Shown: piece by piece, positions 1 through 9,210 of the stretch
Layout: each line of letters opens with the position of its first letter
Position numbering within the stretch: position 1 is the first letter of the stretch
Sequence record: DRR723986_5794
DNA: 64,000 nucleotides
Reading direction: 5' to 3' (one strand)
Notes under the pieces: model-generated
Seen by the model: only the letters and a program-made list of their open reading frames with translations
Databases searched by the model: none
Told to the model about the DNA's origin: nothing
Made by a program: the position numbers and the translations under genes

Positions 1-2381
1 AGTGTTTTGTCAACCTCAGCAATATTGCTGGTCAGGTCGTTATTTGCAACATTCTTGGCAATTTGATTTTTTTGTTCATTTGTCAATTCATTCGCATAAG
101 TAGAATTATCGTATTTATCATCAGCCACTTCCGTTGCCACTGAAACTAATTTGCCAGGACCAGAATCCCCACTAATCAGTTCTTCATACTTTGCTTCATT
201 CGACTTGATATTGTCATTGATGGTACTCAGCTCAGATTCTTTTTCGAGTATTTGGTTTTCTATAACTTCTCGGTCCTTTTTCTTTTTAGTGTTCTCAAGT
301 TGATCTTCGAGAATTGATTTATCCTTTTCAATACCCTTTTTCTCATTTTGCAGGGCAATTAAATCACTATTAATTTTATTGGCTTCTTTCGTATTATCAT
401 TTCCTGCAGATACGATTTCTTCCAATAAATCGGGCTTAAGGCTTCTATCTTTAACATGTTCTTTAAAGAAATCAGAATTATCTTTAACCGCATTAGCCAA
501 AAGCTTCTTATCTCCATCAGGAACTGCCTTTATTTCTTCTAAGGTTTTTTCGCCTTTATCAATTTGAATTTTCAAGGCATCAGCAGACTTGCCTAATTCA
601 TTTCCAAGTTCTACTAAATTCTTAGCATCTTCATTGAGCTTTTTAACCTCCCTATTCAAATCATACACTTCTTCAAATAGTTTCTTTTTCTGGGCAGGGT
701 CTGTTTCAGCATTGGCTTGATCTAGTTTTTTGTTCAGCTCAACCATTTTCTCATTGGCCTGGTTGCTCTTTTCTTCTGCGAGATTAAAGGCAATGTTTGA
801 GTTTTCTTCATCAGCCGCTAAATCTTCTTTTAGGTCTTGAATTTTATCTTCTAACACCTTTTCTACATCACTTTGAGTTGAAAAAGCGTCTAATCCATTG
901 TCTACAAACACATCATCAGTGGCTTTCATAGCATTCAATGAATCCAGATCAAAGTTTTCACCGTTAGGATTTAATTTAGAAAGCTCTTGATAAATTTGAG
1001 CCATTACAGTAACAGGGTCTTCAAATCTCTCATCAAACAGATTCTCAATTTTCACATATTGCTCGCCTGTTTCATCTCTGAGTAATGATATTTTTTGTTT
1101 CAATGGACGCAGTTCTTTTAACATTGGAACTTCGACTACCGCATAATGCGTCACATCACTTCCTTTTACAGTTACAAAGTATTTGTATTTTCCGCCTTTA
1201 GGGAAACTGATAAAATAATCACCATTGCTCGCTTTAGAATTGAACGAACCAATTTGCGAACCTGAGTTAAAATCTTCAATTTCAATGTTCACTTCTTTGT
1301 TGGATGGCACAATTGAATTTTCGAATTTACCTTTGATTGCAGCAATTTGCATAGGAATTCGTTCAACTCTTACTTCATACACAAAAAGTTTACCATCTTG
1401 GCTTTCACGTCTAGAAGCAAAAAATGCTGTACGATCCAAGGAATCTACAACATACATGATGTCATCATCAGGCGAAGAAATTGCAAAATCTAAATTCTCT
1501 GGAGGCCCAAAACTATCTTTTTTGTAATCATATGGTGATCTAAAAACATCATATCCCCCCATAGAGTTATGACCTTTAGAACAGAAATACAAATACTTAC
1601 CATTAGGATGCATATAAGCGTAATCCTCATCTAAATCAGTATTGATTACACCTCTCACCTTTTGAGGTAAAGAGTAACTACCATCTGGTAATTTTTTCTT
1701 CTGATAGATATCTAGGCCAGTTTTTCCATCTTCACCATAGCTAGAGTAAAATACATTCGGCGAGTTTTTAGGGAAATGGATTACAGAACGGTGTCCTAAC
1801 TTCTTGTCTAACTTCGTACCAAATTCATCTGTGACGAGTATTGTCCCTCCTATATTGGACATATCGTATAAATCGTAAAACGATCCTTCACCTATTTCCC
1901 GTTTTTCCATAACGATCAAGTCGGTAATGTTGGTCAGTAATTTACGGCCATACTTACAAGCATTTAGCTGCGCGTTAACGTCAAAATCCTTTAACTGAGA
2001 TGAGGTAGCTTGATCTCTAAACTTTTCGTAATACTGTTGTGCCTCTTTAAACTGATAATTTAAATGGTAGGCTCGACCTAAGAAATAATATGCTCTTTTA
2101 TCAATACTTGGGTTGGTGACAGAATAAGCTAAACGGTCGATTGCTTTTACCTTATCGTGACTTGCGAAAAGCAAAGATGCCCCATATCGAAAATTCCAAT
2201 CATGATCTCTATTGTAAACACCTGAAACTTTGTTGTAGAGCTGGAAAGCATTTACATACAAACCTGCATCAAATAACTCATCCGCTTCTTTCCGAATTTC
2301 TTCGGGAGTTTGTCCAAATGCAAAAGCACTGCAAAATAAGAGCAGTACCAACAACGATATTGATTTAATCTGTAGTCTCAC
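1..2381 (-). CDS. Large exported TPR + PD40/TolB-like beta-propeller + long coiled-coil protein (partial, runs off the window start; not in ORF track)
   Basis: Manual translation from GTG at 2381: MRLQIKSISLLVLLLFCSAFAFGQ (signal peptide), TPR (AYYFLGRAYHLNYQFKEA), PD40-like INTDLDEDYAYMHPNGKYLYFCSKGHNSMGGYDVF, then an E/K/N-rich helical region. I saw no stop before position 1. Confidence 0.85.
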   Translation of the reverse strand, partial: MRLQIKSISLLVLLLFCSAFAFGQTPEEIRKEADELFDAGLYVNAFQLYNKVSGVYNRDHDWNFRYGASLLFASHDKVKAIDRLAYSVTNPSIDKRAYYFLGRAYHLNYQFKEAQQYYEKFRDQATSSQLKDFDVNAQLNACKYGRKLLTNITDLIVMEKREIGEGSFYDLYDMSNIGGTILVTDEFGTKLDKKLGHRSVIHFPKNSPNVFYSSYGEDGKTGLDIYQKKKLPDGSYSLPQKVRGVINTDLDEDYAYMHPNGKYLYFCSKGHNSMGGYDVFRSPYDYKKDSFGPPENLDFAISSPDDDIMYVVDSLDRTAFFASRRESQDGKLFVYEVRVERIPMQIAAIKGKFENSIVPSNKEVNIEIEDFNSGSQIGSFNSKASNGDYFISFPKGGKYKYFVTVKGSDVTHYAVVEVPMLKELRPLKQKISLLRDETGEQYVKIENLFDERFEDPVTVMAQIYQELSKLNPNGENFDLDSLNAMKATDDVFVDNGLDAFSTQSDVEKVLEDKIQDLKEDLAADEENSNIAFNLAEEKSNQANEKMVELNKKLDQANAETDPAQKKKLFEEVYDLNREVKKLNEDAKNLVELGNELGKSADALKIQIDKGEKTLEEIKAVPDGDKKLLANAVKDNSDFFKEHVKDRSLKPDLLEEIVSAGNDNTKEANKINSDLIALQNEKKGIEKDKSILEDQLENTKKKKDREVIENQILEKESELSTINDNIKSNEAKYEELISGDSGPGKLVSVATEVADDKYDNSTYANELTNEQKNQIAKNVANNDLTSNIAEVDKT

Positions 2382-2548
2382 AACAAAAACGGGAGACGCG
2401 CACGCACGAACACCCAGAGTTTAATACGGTTTTCAGAGAGAAAGGTTCAATTTTCTCAGAAAAACTATACAAAATAGCAAAAAGCTTAGGCTAATACCTA
2501 GTAATTCGGGGATTTTTTAAGGATTGATTTAAAAAAAAATTCAAATCT

Positions 2549-2977
2549 TTAGTCTTGTAATTTTTTACAAGTTTTTAAAGCGTGTTTTACCTTCAGTTTT
2601 TTCAACTCTTCTTTTTCAGCGACCTCCATGAATCTTTCGTAATAATCCACAGCTCTGTCGTAATCTCCTTGATTTTCATAAGCCTTTCCAATAAAAAAAG
2701 CCACTTCTTTATCTGACCTTCCACTTTTTTCGGCCTGTAACAAATAATTCAATGCTTCTTTGTTGTTCTTATTTTGCATAACAATGCACGAACCGTACTT
2801 ATAGCCATAAGTTACGTTAGTTGGAACCAAATTGATCAATTTTTTATAGATCGGTGCAGCCTCTTCATATTGGCCATCTTTAAACAATTTATCAGCCGTT
2901 TTTTGCAGTTCTTTTTGAGATTGTCCTAAAACAGAAAAAGAAACTAAAACAAGGATAAAACCAATTATTCTTTTCAT
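2549..2977 (-). CDS. Small exported TPR protein
   Basis: Signal peptide MKRIIGFILVLVSFSVLG-Q from ATG 2977 (2 bp after the upstream stop); TPR pattern VAFFIGKAYENQGDYDRAVDYYERF. Confidence 0.85.
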   Translation of the reverse strand: MKRIIGFILVLVSFSVLGQSQKELQKTADKLFKDGQYEEAAPIYKKLINLVPTNVTYGYKYGSCIVMQNKNNKEALNYLLQAEKSGRSDKEVAFFIGKAYENQGDYDRAVDYYERFMEVAEKEELKKLKVKHALKTCKKLQD

Positions 2978-2978
2978 A

Positions 2979-5900
2979 TTATTCGCCAACATTACTTCTA
3001 AAGATCATCATTTTATCAGTTTTAGATCTCAATTCAAATGACAATTTCTTTTGCTTTAATTTATCATCCTTTAACTCGGCAATATATGTTTGGAGTTCTT
3101 TATTAGATGAAGTTATTTGAACAACTGTTGTGTTTTTTCTTCTTTCAAATCCGAAATAGTAATAGTTACCCGGTTTATCTTCTTTTCCTGGTAATTCTAT
3201 CAAGTACCCCATTTTTGTACCAATAGAACCTCCTTCAACTGAGTAGAATACACCATATTTTACTGTGAAATCTTTGAATAAAGGATCTCCGAACATAGAA
3301 ACGATTCCTGTAATCGGCTTTGAAATAAAGCCTCCGGCACGCTCGTTCCATTCAAGACGTAAATTTGAAAAGTAAACCGGCGAAGTGGACATTTCTTTTG
3401 GCAATTTCTTAATGGCTTCAGGACCTTTAATGGTGTACTCTGATTTCAAGTTTTCAGCTTCTTCTTTGGATACTTGCTCGGTCACAGCCTGCTTCAAAGT
3501 AGTTCTACCAAAATCAATTGCACCAAGACCTTCTGTAGTTTTAATATCTTCCGCTAGGTATTCAACTACTTTTTTGTCCATAAAATGCTCTAATCCTCCA
3601 GACAAGTTCATTGTAGTTTGCTTAGTAGCAGCATTATAATTCACCACACCATAAGGTTTAAACTCTACATCAGGAAGATTCAACGCCATATCTATTTGAC
3701 CGTCACCTTCCATTGAACAACTCTCAATGTGTAAGGCGATATAGTTTCCTTTTTCTTCACGGTTGATTAGTTTTTCTGGACTCGCAATTCTAAATTCCTT
3801 TGCTTGTTCATTATAGTTCAATACACCAGATGAAGTAAACATCACGAAATCGTTCGGACGCTCTAAAGCAGATAAAAAGGCTGGATATATATTGATACTG
3901 TCCATGGTGCCTGCATTTCTTCTAACGAGTCCTACAGCAATAGGATTATCATTCAGGTCTTTCATATCCGTATTCACTGGAATTTGGATATTATTTGGAT
4001 CAATTTCGGTTCTAAACTTCAACCAATTACGAGCAAACTCGTTGCAATCATGATTAATTCTTGTTGCTCCGTCAAAAGTTAAGAATTGTTCGGATGCAGC
4101 CAATTCAACTGTTCCATAAAAGTCAAATTTATCACTTAAATGGAAATTTTTGTCTTCATCAATTTGACCTTTAGCTCGCGTCTGGAAAATGGTGTCAGGT
4201 TGAATATCTGCAAAGAAAATTATTTGTTCTTCGCCTTTGCTATCAATATAAGGATACTTACCGCTAGCTTGATACTTTTTAGCCGCATCAATTCTAACAT
4301 GTGCCTCGGTAATTTTATGGTATTTAGTTACTGAATTGGCTACAATTTCGGCCCCTTCTAATTCATCCATTTTGGCTTTCTTTCTGATCGTCAACTTTTG
4401 CTCTGGAGGGAAAATTCTGGCATCTGCAACGTCTACATATTCAACTTTATCACAATAAATCACATTTTCTTTCAGTAAGAATTTTGCCTTTGGGGCTCTA
4501 AAATTGAGAGAGTCTTGTTCTGGATGAATTGAATAGAAGTTAGATCCTGCAAGGTCTAGACCACCTGCATCAATGTTAATGTCAGCTCCCGATTTAGATA
4601 GTTCAATTTCTTCACTATCCATCATCCATGTAAACATATCCATGTAACAGATGTATTGGTTTTTCGGGAATTCTACAATTGTGGTTCCATCATTCGATTT
4701 AAACTCTCCTTTTCTCTCCTGAAAGTCAACATGTGCGTTCAAATTAGTTGAATTGAAGGCCAATGGATTCTCTACTCCTGGTTCAGGTGTTCCAACTCCT
4801 AACAAATTGAAATCAGCTGTATCTGCATCAATTGCATATCGTGAGTAATTAAACTTCTTGGAACCCAACTCTGCTTCTTTGAAATACATCAAACCGCGGC
4901 CGGTCATTCCTTTTTTAGTTAAATACGTGATTCCTTTCATATCCGCTTCACCATCATAGAACTTTAATGGCTCTTGTACCGCTCGTGCTTTAAGAATTTC
5001 TTCTTTCGGAACAAAAGTTACCATCACTCCATTACCTGTCACATCAGGAACAGACATCCCTTTGTCCTTCGTTTGAGGGTTATTCACATATTTAGACATC
5101 CCCATTGTAGAATCCGGGAAGAATATAAAGTTTTCACTTACCGAAGATGATGTTAGGAAATCAATTTGGCCGGCTCCTCTTAAGCCTTCATTACTCAGTT
5201 TAATTTCATTGTCAAACTTTGCATAATCTCCGTAAAAATCAAATCCCGAGTCAGGTGCTTTAGTTTTGAACCCAAAAGAATAGTCTTCTTGAATTTTTAA
5301 CTGTTCTTTGAATATTGGAAATATCCCTGCGGATCTCATCTCACCGTCAAAAGCCATTGTGTATTCGTCAAAATTATCTAGGCTATCAAATTCAAATGGG
5401 TCACATTTAAAATAAAAGTCTGAACTGTCATAGACTCCGTTATACACGTAAGAATGATCGTAGTACACGTAAGAATCTTCAGTTACATTAAGAATAGGGT
5501 ATTTTGCATACTCTTCATCTTTTCTACCAGATCGATTTAACGTATCATCTATTTCAATGAATCCTTTCACCCCTTCAAAATGTGAATACATTGGTATCAA
5601 TCTATCGCTTCCTCCATAAATTGGTCGCACCCTAAACAAAGCCACATCCACATCCATGAGGTTTAGACGAAACTTAGAGTAATCAAAAGAACCTTCATTT
5701 AAATAAACTTCTAATTTTCCGGCCATAATTGCTCCTTCAAAAACAAAGTCAAGATCTTTTTTCACTAACAACTTTCCTGCCGAAGGAAACACTACAACAT
5801 TCTGTGATGGTGATATTTGTATAGGATCTACTTCATTCAAACTCAAATCCATTGATTTCAAATTATAATATCCAAAGTTTTGAACCAATGATTTTCTTCT

Positions 5901-7607
5901 GTTCAATGAATCGGCTCGTTCATTAAAAGATATTGCTTGTTTGTCCTCTCTACCATCAGGACTAGTTATTGATTTTTTAGGTATTTCTAATAAGTTACAA
6001 TTGAAAATCACATTGTCATAATCCGATTTACCTGAGCGCGCATCAATGTACTTTTTAAGTTTAGGCTGAATAGTTATTTCTTTACGCGCAGATGAATAAG
6101 TGATAAAACCTTGATTGGCTAAATCTACTAAAATTGGAATGGCTTGATTATTTGTGAACCCCATTGCACCTGACACTTTATTAACTGGAATAATCTCAAG
6201 ATCATATTTGTAAGCATAATCCCAAATGGCCACTAAGGGATGTTTAGCATTCATCCCTTGAATTTTATTATAAATTCGCTCAGAATAATAGTTTTGAGAT
6301 TCAAATGAAGCAAATTTTCGTGGCGAATTTCTATGCCAGGTAAGATTTAAATTTGGATCACCTTTCGTCCAAATTATTCGATCTACATACATATCTAGTT
6401 TATGATATGAATCTTTAAATGGTGCTTGGGCCAATCCTTTATTATCACGCATCATTTCAAGCGTAATGTCTTTTCCCTCATTTTCAATTTTATACTTAAC
6501 ATTTAAACCTGGATGAAAAATCGTATCCTCTTCATTGGCATACATAACGATTCCGCAATCTTCAGAAGAAGCACCTTTATCATTCACTCTAAATTTTAAA
6601 GCAGTGGCTTTTACAAATGGTTCCCCGTCCTGATAAAAGACTAAACTCGCAGGGTTTTTATCATAACCGACACCTGAGAAATCTGGACCAGCCAATGCAA
6701 AGCCGCCAACATAATCAACTTCTGGCAGGATATTTTTTCGTACAATTTGTTTGGAAAATGAAGTAAATGATGGATAAATTTTATCAACTTCTCTATTATA
6801 AACTTTTGCTGCGTCTTTGAAAGTTCCATAAAGCGGTTCAGGATAATAGTCTGTATATACTTTAACTGAATCACATTCAAGTTTAGTTTGTTTCAACGAT
6901 AGGATATATGACGAGATTTCGGCATAATTATTAGCTGGATCCAATCCTGTCCTACCCCAGTCCATTTCTCCACCTTCTCCGGTCCATTTATTGATAAAAG
7001 GCTCAAAGACTCCAGAGGTTTTTTTGACAATCATACTATCAAAATATGGGTTGTCTTTTTTACCAGCAGAACGATCCATCATGTAACACTTCAAATCAAC
7101 ATTTTTGAAAGTAATTTTAGGTCTATTTTTCTCAAATTGAAAGGTATATTCACCTCCTTTTACTTGCCAAATATATTTTGGTACGTCATAAATGGTTCCG
7201 TCCGAAAAGAATCCTTCACAAACAGAGATAAATTTCTCAAACTGCGTTGATTTTTTACTATTAAGCAAGGCATCAATTGTAGCGTGCCAAGTTTCAAAAC
7301 TTTCTTTGGGCTGATCAGTTAACACAAAGGAATGTGCTGAAATCAAGTATCCAAAAATATCTGGAAAAGCTGGTCGTCTTTTAGACTCAAGCAAATTACA
7401 TGTATTAACTACTTTGTTTTGGTATTCAGATGAAAAATTCGTTAACCAGTTTGGTTCGAATTCTTCCATGAAGAGTTTTGTTTTTTGCTTATTAGAAGCT
7501 CCTAATCTCTTATTAATTTCTTTTAAAAAGGTTGCTGGATCATTGGAATATTGTGACATTGCTCCGAAACTGGCAGAAATCAAAAAAACTAGCAATAAAA
7601 CTCTCAT
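2979..7607 (-). CDS. Large (1542 aa) exported beta-rich protein of unknown function
   Basis: Long ORF, signal peptide ending AMS-Q, recurring Gly-containing beta-strand units, no catalytic motif recognised. Confidence 0.85.
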   Translation of the reverse strand: MRVLLLVFLISASFGAMSQYSNDPATFLKEINKRLGASNKQKTKLFMEEFEPNWLTNFSSEYQNKVVNTCNLLESKRRPAFPDIFGYLISAHSFVLTDQPKESFETWHATIDALLNSKKSTQFEKFISVCEGFFSDGTIYDVPKYIWQVKGGEYTFQFEKNRPKITFKNVDLKCYMMDRSAGKKDNPYFDSMIVKKTSGVFEPFINKWTGEGGEMDWGRTGLDPANNYAEISSYILSLKQTKLECDSVKVYTDYYPEPLYGTFKDAAKVYNREVDKIYPSFTSFSKQIVRKNILPEVDYVGGFALAGPDFSGVGYDKNPASLVFYQDGEPFVKATALKFRVNDKGASSEDCGIVMYANEEDTIFHPGLNVKYKIENEGKDITLEMMRDNKGLAQAPFKDSYHKLDMYVDRIIWTKGDPNLNLTWHRNSPRKFASFESQNYYSERIYNKIQGMNAKHPLVAIWDYAYKYDLEIIPVNKVSGAMGFTNNQAIPILVDLANQGFITYSSARKEITIQPKLKKYIDARSGKSDYDNVIFNCNLLEIPKKSITSPDGREDKQAISFNERADSLNRRKSLVQNFGYYNLKSMDLSLNEVDPIQISPSQNVVVFPSAGKLLVKKDLDFVFEGAIMAGKLEVYLNEGSFDYSKFRLNLMDVDVALFRVRPIYGGSDRLIPMYSHFEGVKGFIEIDDTLNRSGRKDEEYAKYPILNVTEDSYVYYDHSYVYNGVYDSSDFYFKCDPFEFDSLDNFDEYTMAFDGEMRSAGIFPIFKEQLKIQEDYSFGFKTKAPDSGFDFYGDYAKFDNEIKLSNEGLRGAGQIDFLTSSSVSENFIFFPDSTMGMSKYVNNPQTKDKGMSVPDVTGNGVMVTFVPKEEILKARAVQEPLKFYDGEADMKGITYLTKKGMTGRGLMYFKEAELGSKKFNYSRYAIDADTADFNLLGVGTPEPGVENPLAFNSTNLNAHVDFQERKGEFKSNDGTTIVEFPKNQYICYMDMFTWMMDSEEIELSKSGADINIDAGGLDLAGSNFYSIHPEQDSLNFRAPKAKFLLKENVIYCDKVEYVDVADARIFPPEQKLTIRKKAKMDELEGAEIVANSVTKYHKITEAHVRIDAAKKYQASGKYPYIDSKGEEQIIFFADIQPDTIFQTRAKGQIDEDKNFHLSDKFDFYGTVELAASEQFLTFDGATRINHDCNEFARNWLKFRTEIDPNNIQIPVNTDMKDLNDNPIAVGLVRRNAGTMDSINIYPAFLSALERPNDFVMFTSSGVLNYNEQAKEFRIASPEKLINREEKGNYIALHIESCSMEGDGQIDMALNLPDVEFKPYGVVNYNAATKQTTMNLSGGLEHFMDKKVVEYLAEDIKTTEGLGAIDFGRTTLKQAVTEQVSKEEAENLKSEYTIKGPEAIKKLPKEMSTSPVYFSNLRLEWNERAGGFISKPITGIVSMFGDPLFKDFTVKYGVFYSVEGGSIGTKMGYLIELPGKEDKPGNYYYFGFERRKNTTVVQITSSNKELQTYIAELKDDKLKQKKLSFELRSKTDKMMIFRSNVGE

Positions 7608-7629
7608 AAAATAATGTTTTCTGAATGAC

Positions 7630-8451
7630 CTATCTGCTAAATTGCATCATAGCCCATTCATCCTTAGTAAATGTTTGTTCAAAAATGAAGCCATGTTTAG
7701 CGGCCTCTACGATTAGATCGTTTGTATCGGTTTCAAAAAAGCCACTTATTAGCATTTTACCACCTTTAGTAAGACATTTTGAATATACTGAAAAATGTTG
7801 AAATAGTATATTTTTATTGATGTTGGCAATTAACAAATCAAAGCACCTGCCCTCAAGTAATTTATCATCTCCAAGGGCAACCTCAATCTTCGAACATTTG
7901 TTGAGTCCTACATTTTCAAGAGCGTTATTATAAGACCACTCGTCAATGTCTGGTGCAAAAATTGAATCAGCTCCAAGTTTCTCTGCCAATATTGCTAGTA
8001 CCCCGGTTCCGGTTCCCATATCCAACACACTCTTCCCTTCAACATCAAGATCAAATAGTCGTTTAGAGATCAACCATGTTGTTTGATGATGTCCAGTTCC
8101 AAATGACATTTGTGGCTGAATTACAACCTCCATTTTCTGTTCAAAAGTTTGCGTATGAAAGGGAGCCTTAATCACCAATTTATCTTCAACTAAAACAGGG
8201 TCAAAGTTCTCTTCCCACTTAGCATTCCAATTCTGATCTGCAATGATTTTATGATCAACAGATGCCACGCCTTCTATAGTTTTAATGAAATTCAAATCAA
8301 GGGTATCAAAATGGTTTTCGCTGGTATAACTCTTTAGGCCTGTTTTGGTTTCAACAAAACTGTCAAATCCTTTTTGATCTAATAAAGCAATTAACACATC
8401 TCTCCCAGGGTGAATTTGAGAGAACTCAACATTCAATTCTACGTAATTCAT
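7630..8451 (-). CDS. prmA: 50S ribosomal protein L11 methyltransferase
   Basis: QPQMSFGTGHHQTT, VLDMGTGTGVLAI and ANINKN motifs. Confidence 0.95.
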   Translation of the reverse strand: MNYVELNVEFSQIHPGRDVLIALLDQKGFDSFVETKTGLKSYTSENHFDTLDLNFIKTIEGVASVDHKIIADQNWNAKWEENFDPVLVEDKLVIKAPFHTQTFEQKMEVVIQPQMSFGTGHHQTTWLISKRLFDLDVEGKSVLDMGTGTGVLAILAEKLGADSIFAPDIDEWSYNNALENVGLNKCSKIEVALGDDKLLEGRCFDLLIANINKNILFQHFSVYSKCLTKGGKMLISGFFETDTNDLIVEAAKHGFIFEQTFTKDEWAMMQFSR

Positions 8452-9210
8452 TTAGAACGAATTAGATATCGCACAAAAATCTTCGGCATTAAGAGAAGCT
8501 CCCCCTATTAATCCGCCGTCAATATCTGCCTGAGCAAATAATTCCTTTGCATTATCAGGTTTACAACTTCCACCGTATAAAATAGAAACGTTGTTTCCTA
8601 TCTTTTCACCGTAATTAGCGATTAATCTAGCACGAATAATTCCGTGTATTTCTTGAGCCTGTTCAGCAGTTGCTGTTTTACCTGTCCCGATTGCCCATAT
8701 AGGTTCGTAGGCAATCACAACTTTTTCAATTTCAGTTGCAGACAAAGAAAACAGAGAATCTTCAATTTGCTTCATTACGAACTCACGATAGACGTTAGAA
8801 TTTCTTACTTGTAATTGTTCTCCACAGCAGAATAATGGTGTAATATCATGATTAATTAAAGCCTTTACTTTCTTTGAAAGCAAGTCATAATTTTCATCAA
8901 AAACATCCCTTCTTTCAGAATGCCCTACAAGGCAGTAATTGATTTGTAAGCTTTTAAGCTGTGTTGGTGAAATTTCACCAGTAAACGCTCCAGAGTCAAT
9001 AAAATATGAATTCTGTGCTCCCAACTTCAACCAATCATGGTCAGCCGTTAATTCAGCAAAAACTCCTAAATATGGTGCTGAAGGACAAATAATCACTTCA
9101 GTATCTTTATTGAATTTATCTTTATTCTGGATAAGGTCTTGCAATAGATTTTTGGCTTGGCCGTAATCTAAATTCATTTTCCAATTTCCAGCAACAATTT
9201 TTTTTCTCAT
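8452..9210 (-). CDS. tpiA: Triosephosphate isomerase
   Basis: AGNWKMN, GHSERR, AYEPIWAIGTG, YGGS and DGGLIGGASL motifs. Confidence 0.98.
   Translation of the reverse strand: MRKKIVAGNWKMNLDYGQAKNLLQDLIQNKDKFNKDTEVIICPSAPYLGVFAELTADHDWLKLGAQNSYFIDSGAFTGEISPTQLKSLQINYCLVGHSERRDVFDENYDLLSKKVKALINHDITPLFCCGEQLQVRNSNVYREFVMKQIEDSLFSLSATEIEKVVIAYEPIWAIGTGKTATAEQAQEIHGIIRARLIANYGEKIGNNVSILYGGSCKPDNAKELFAQADIDGGLIGGASLNAEDFCAISNSF

Noticed and set aside
379-2368. Short + strand ORFs at 379, 1225 and 2141, and similar 60-116 aa antisense or off-frame ORFs throughout the track
   Set aside because: They lie within longer motif-bearing genes and have no recognisable features; treated as shadow ORFs.
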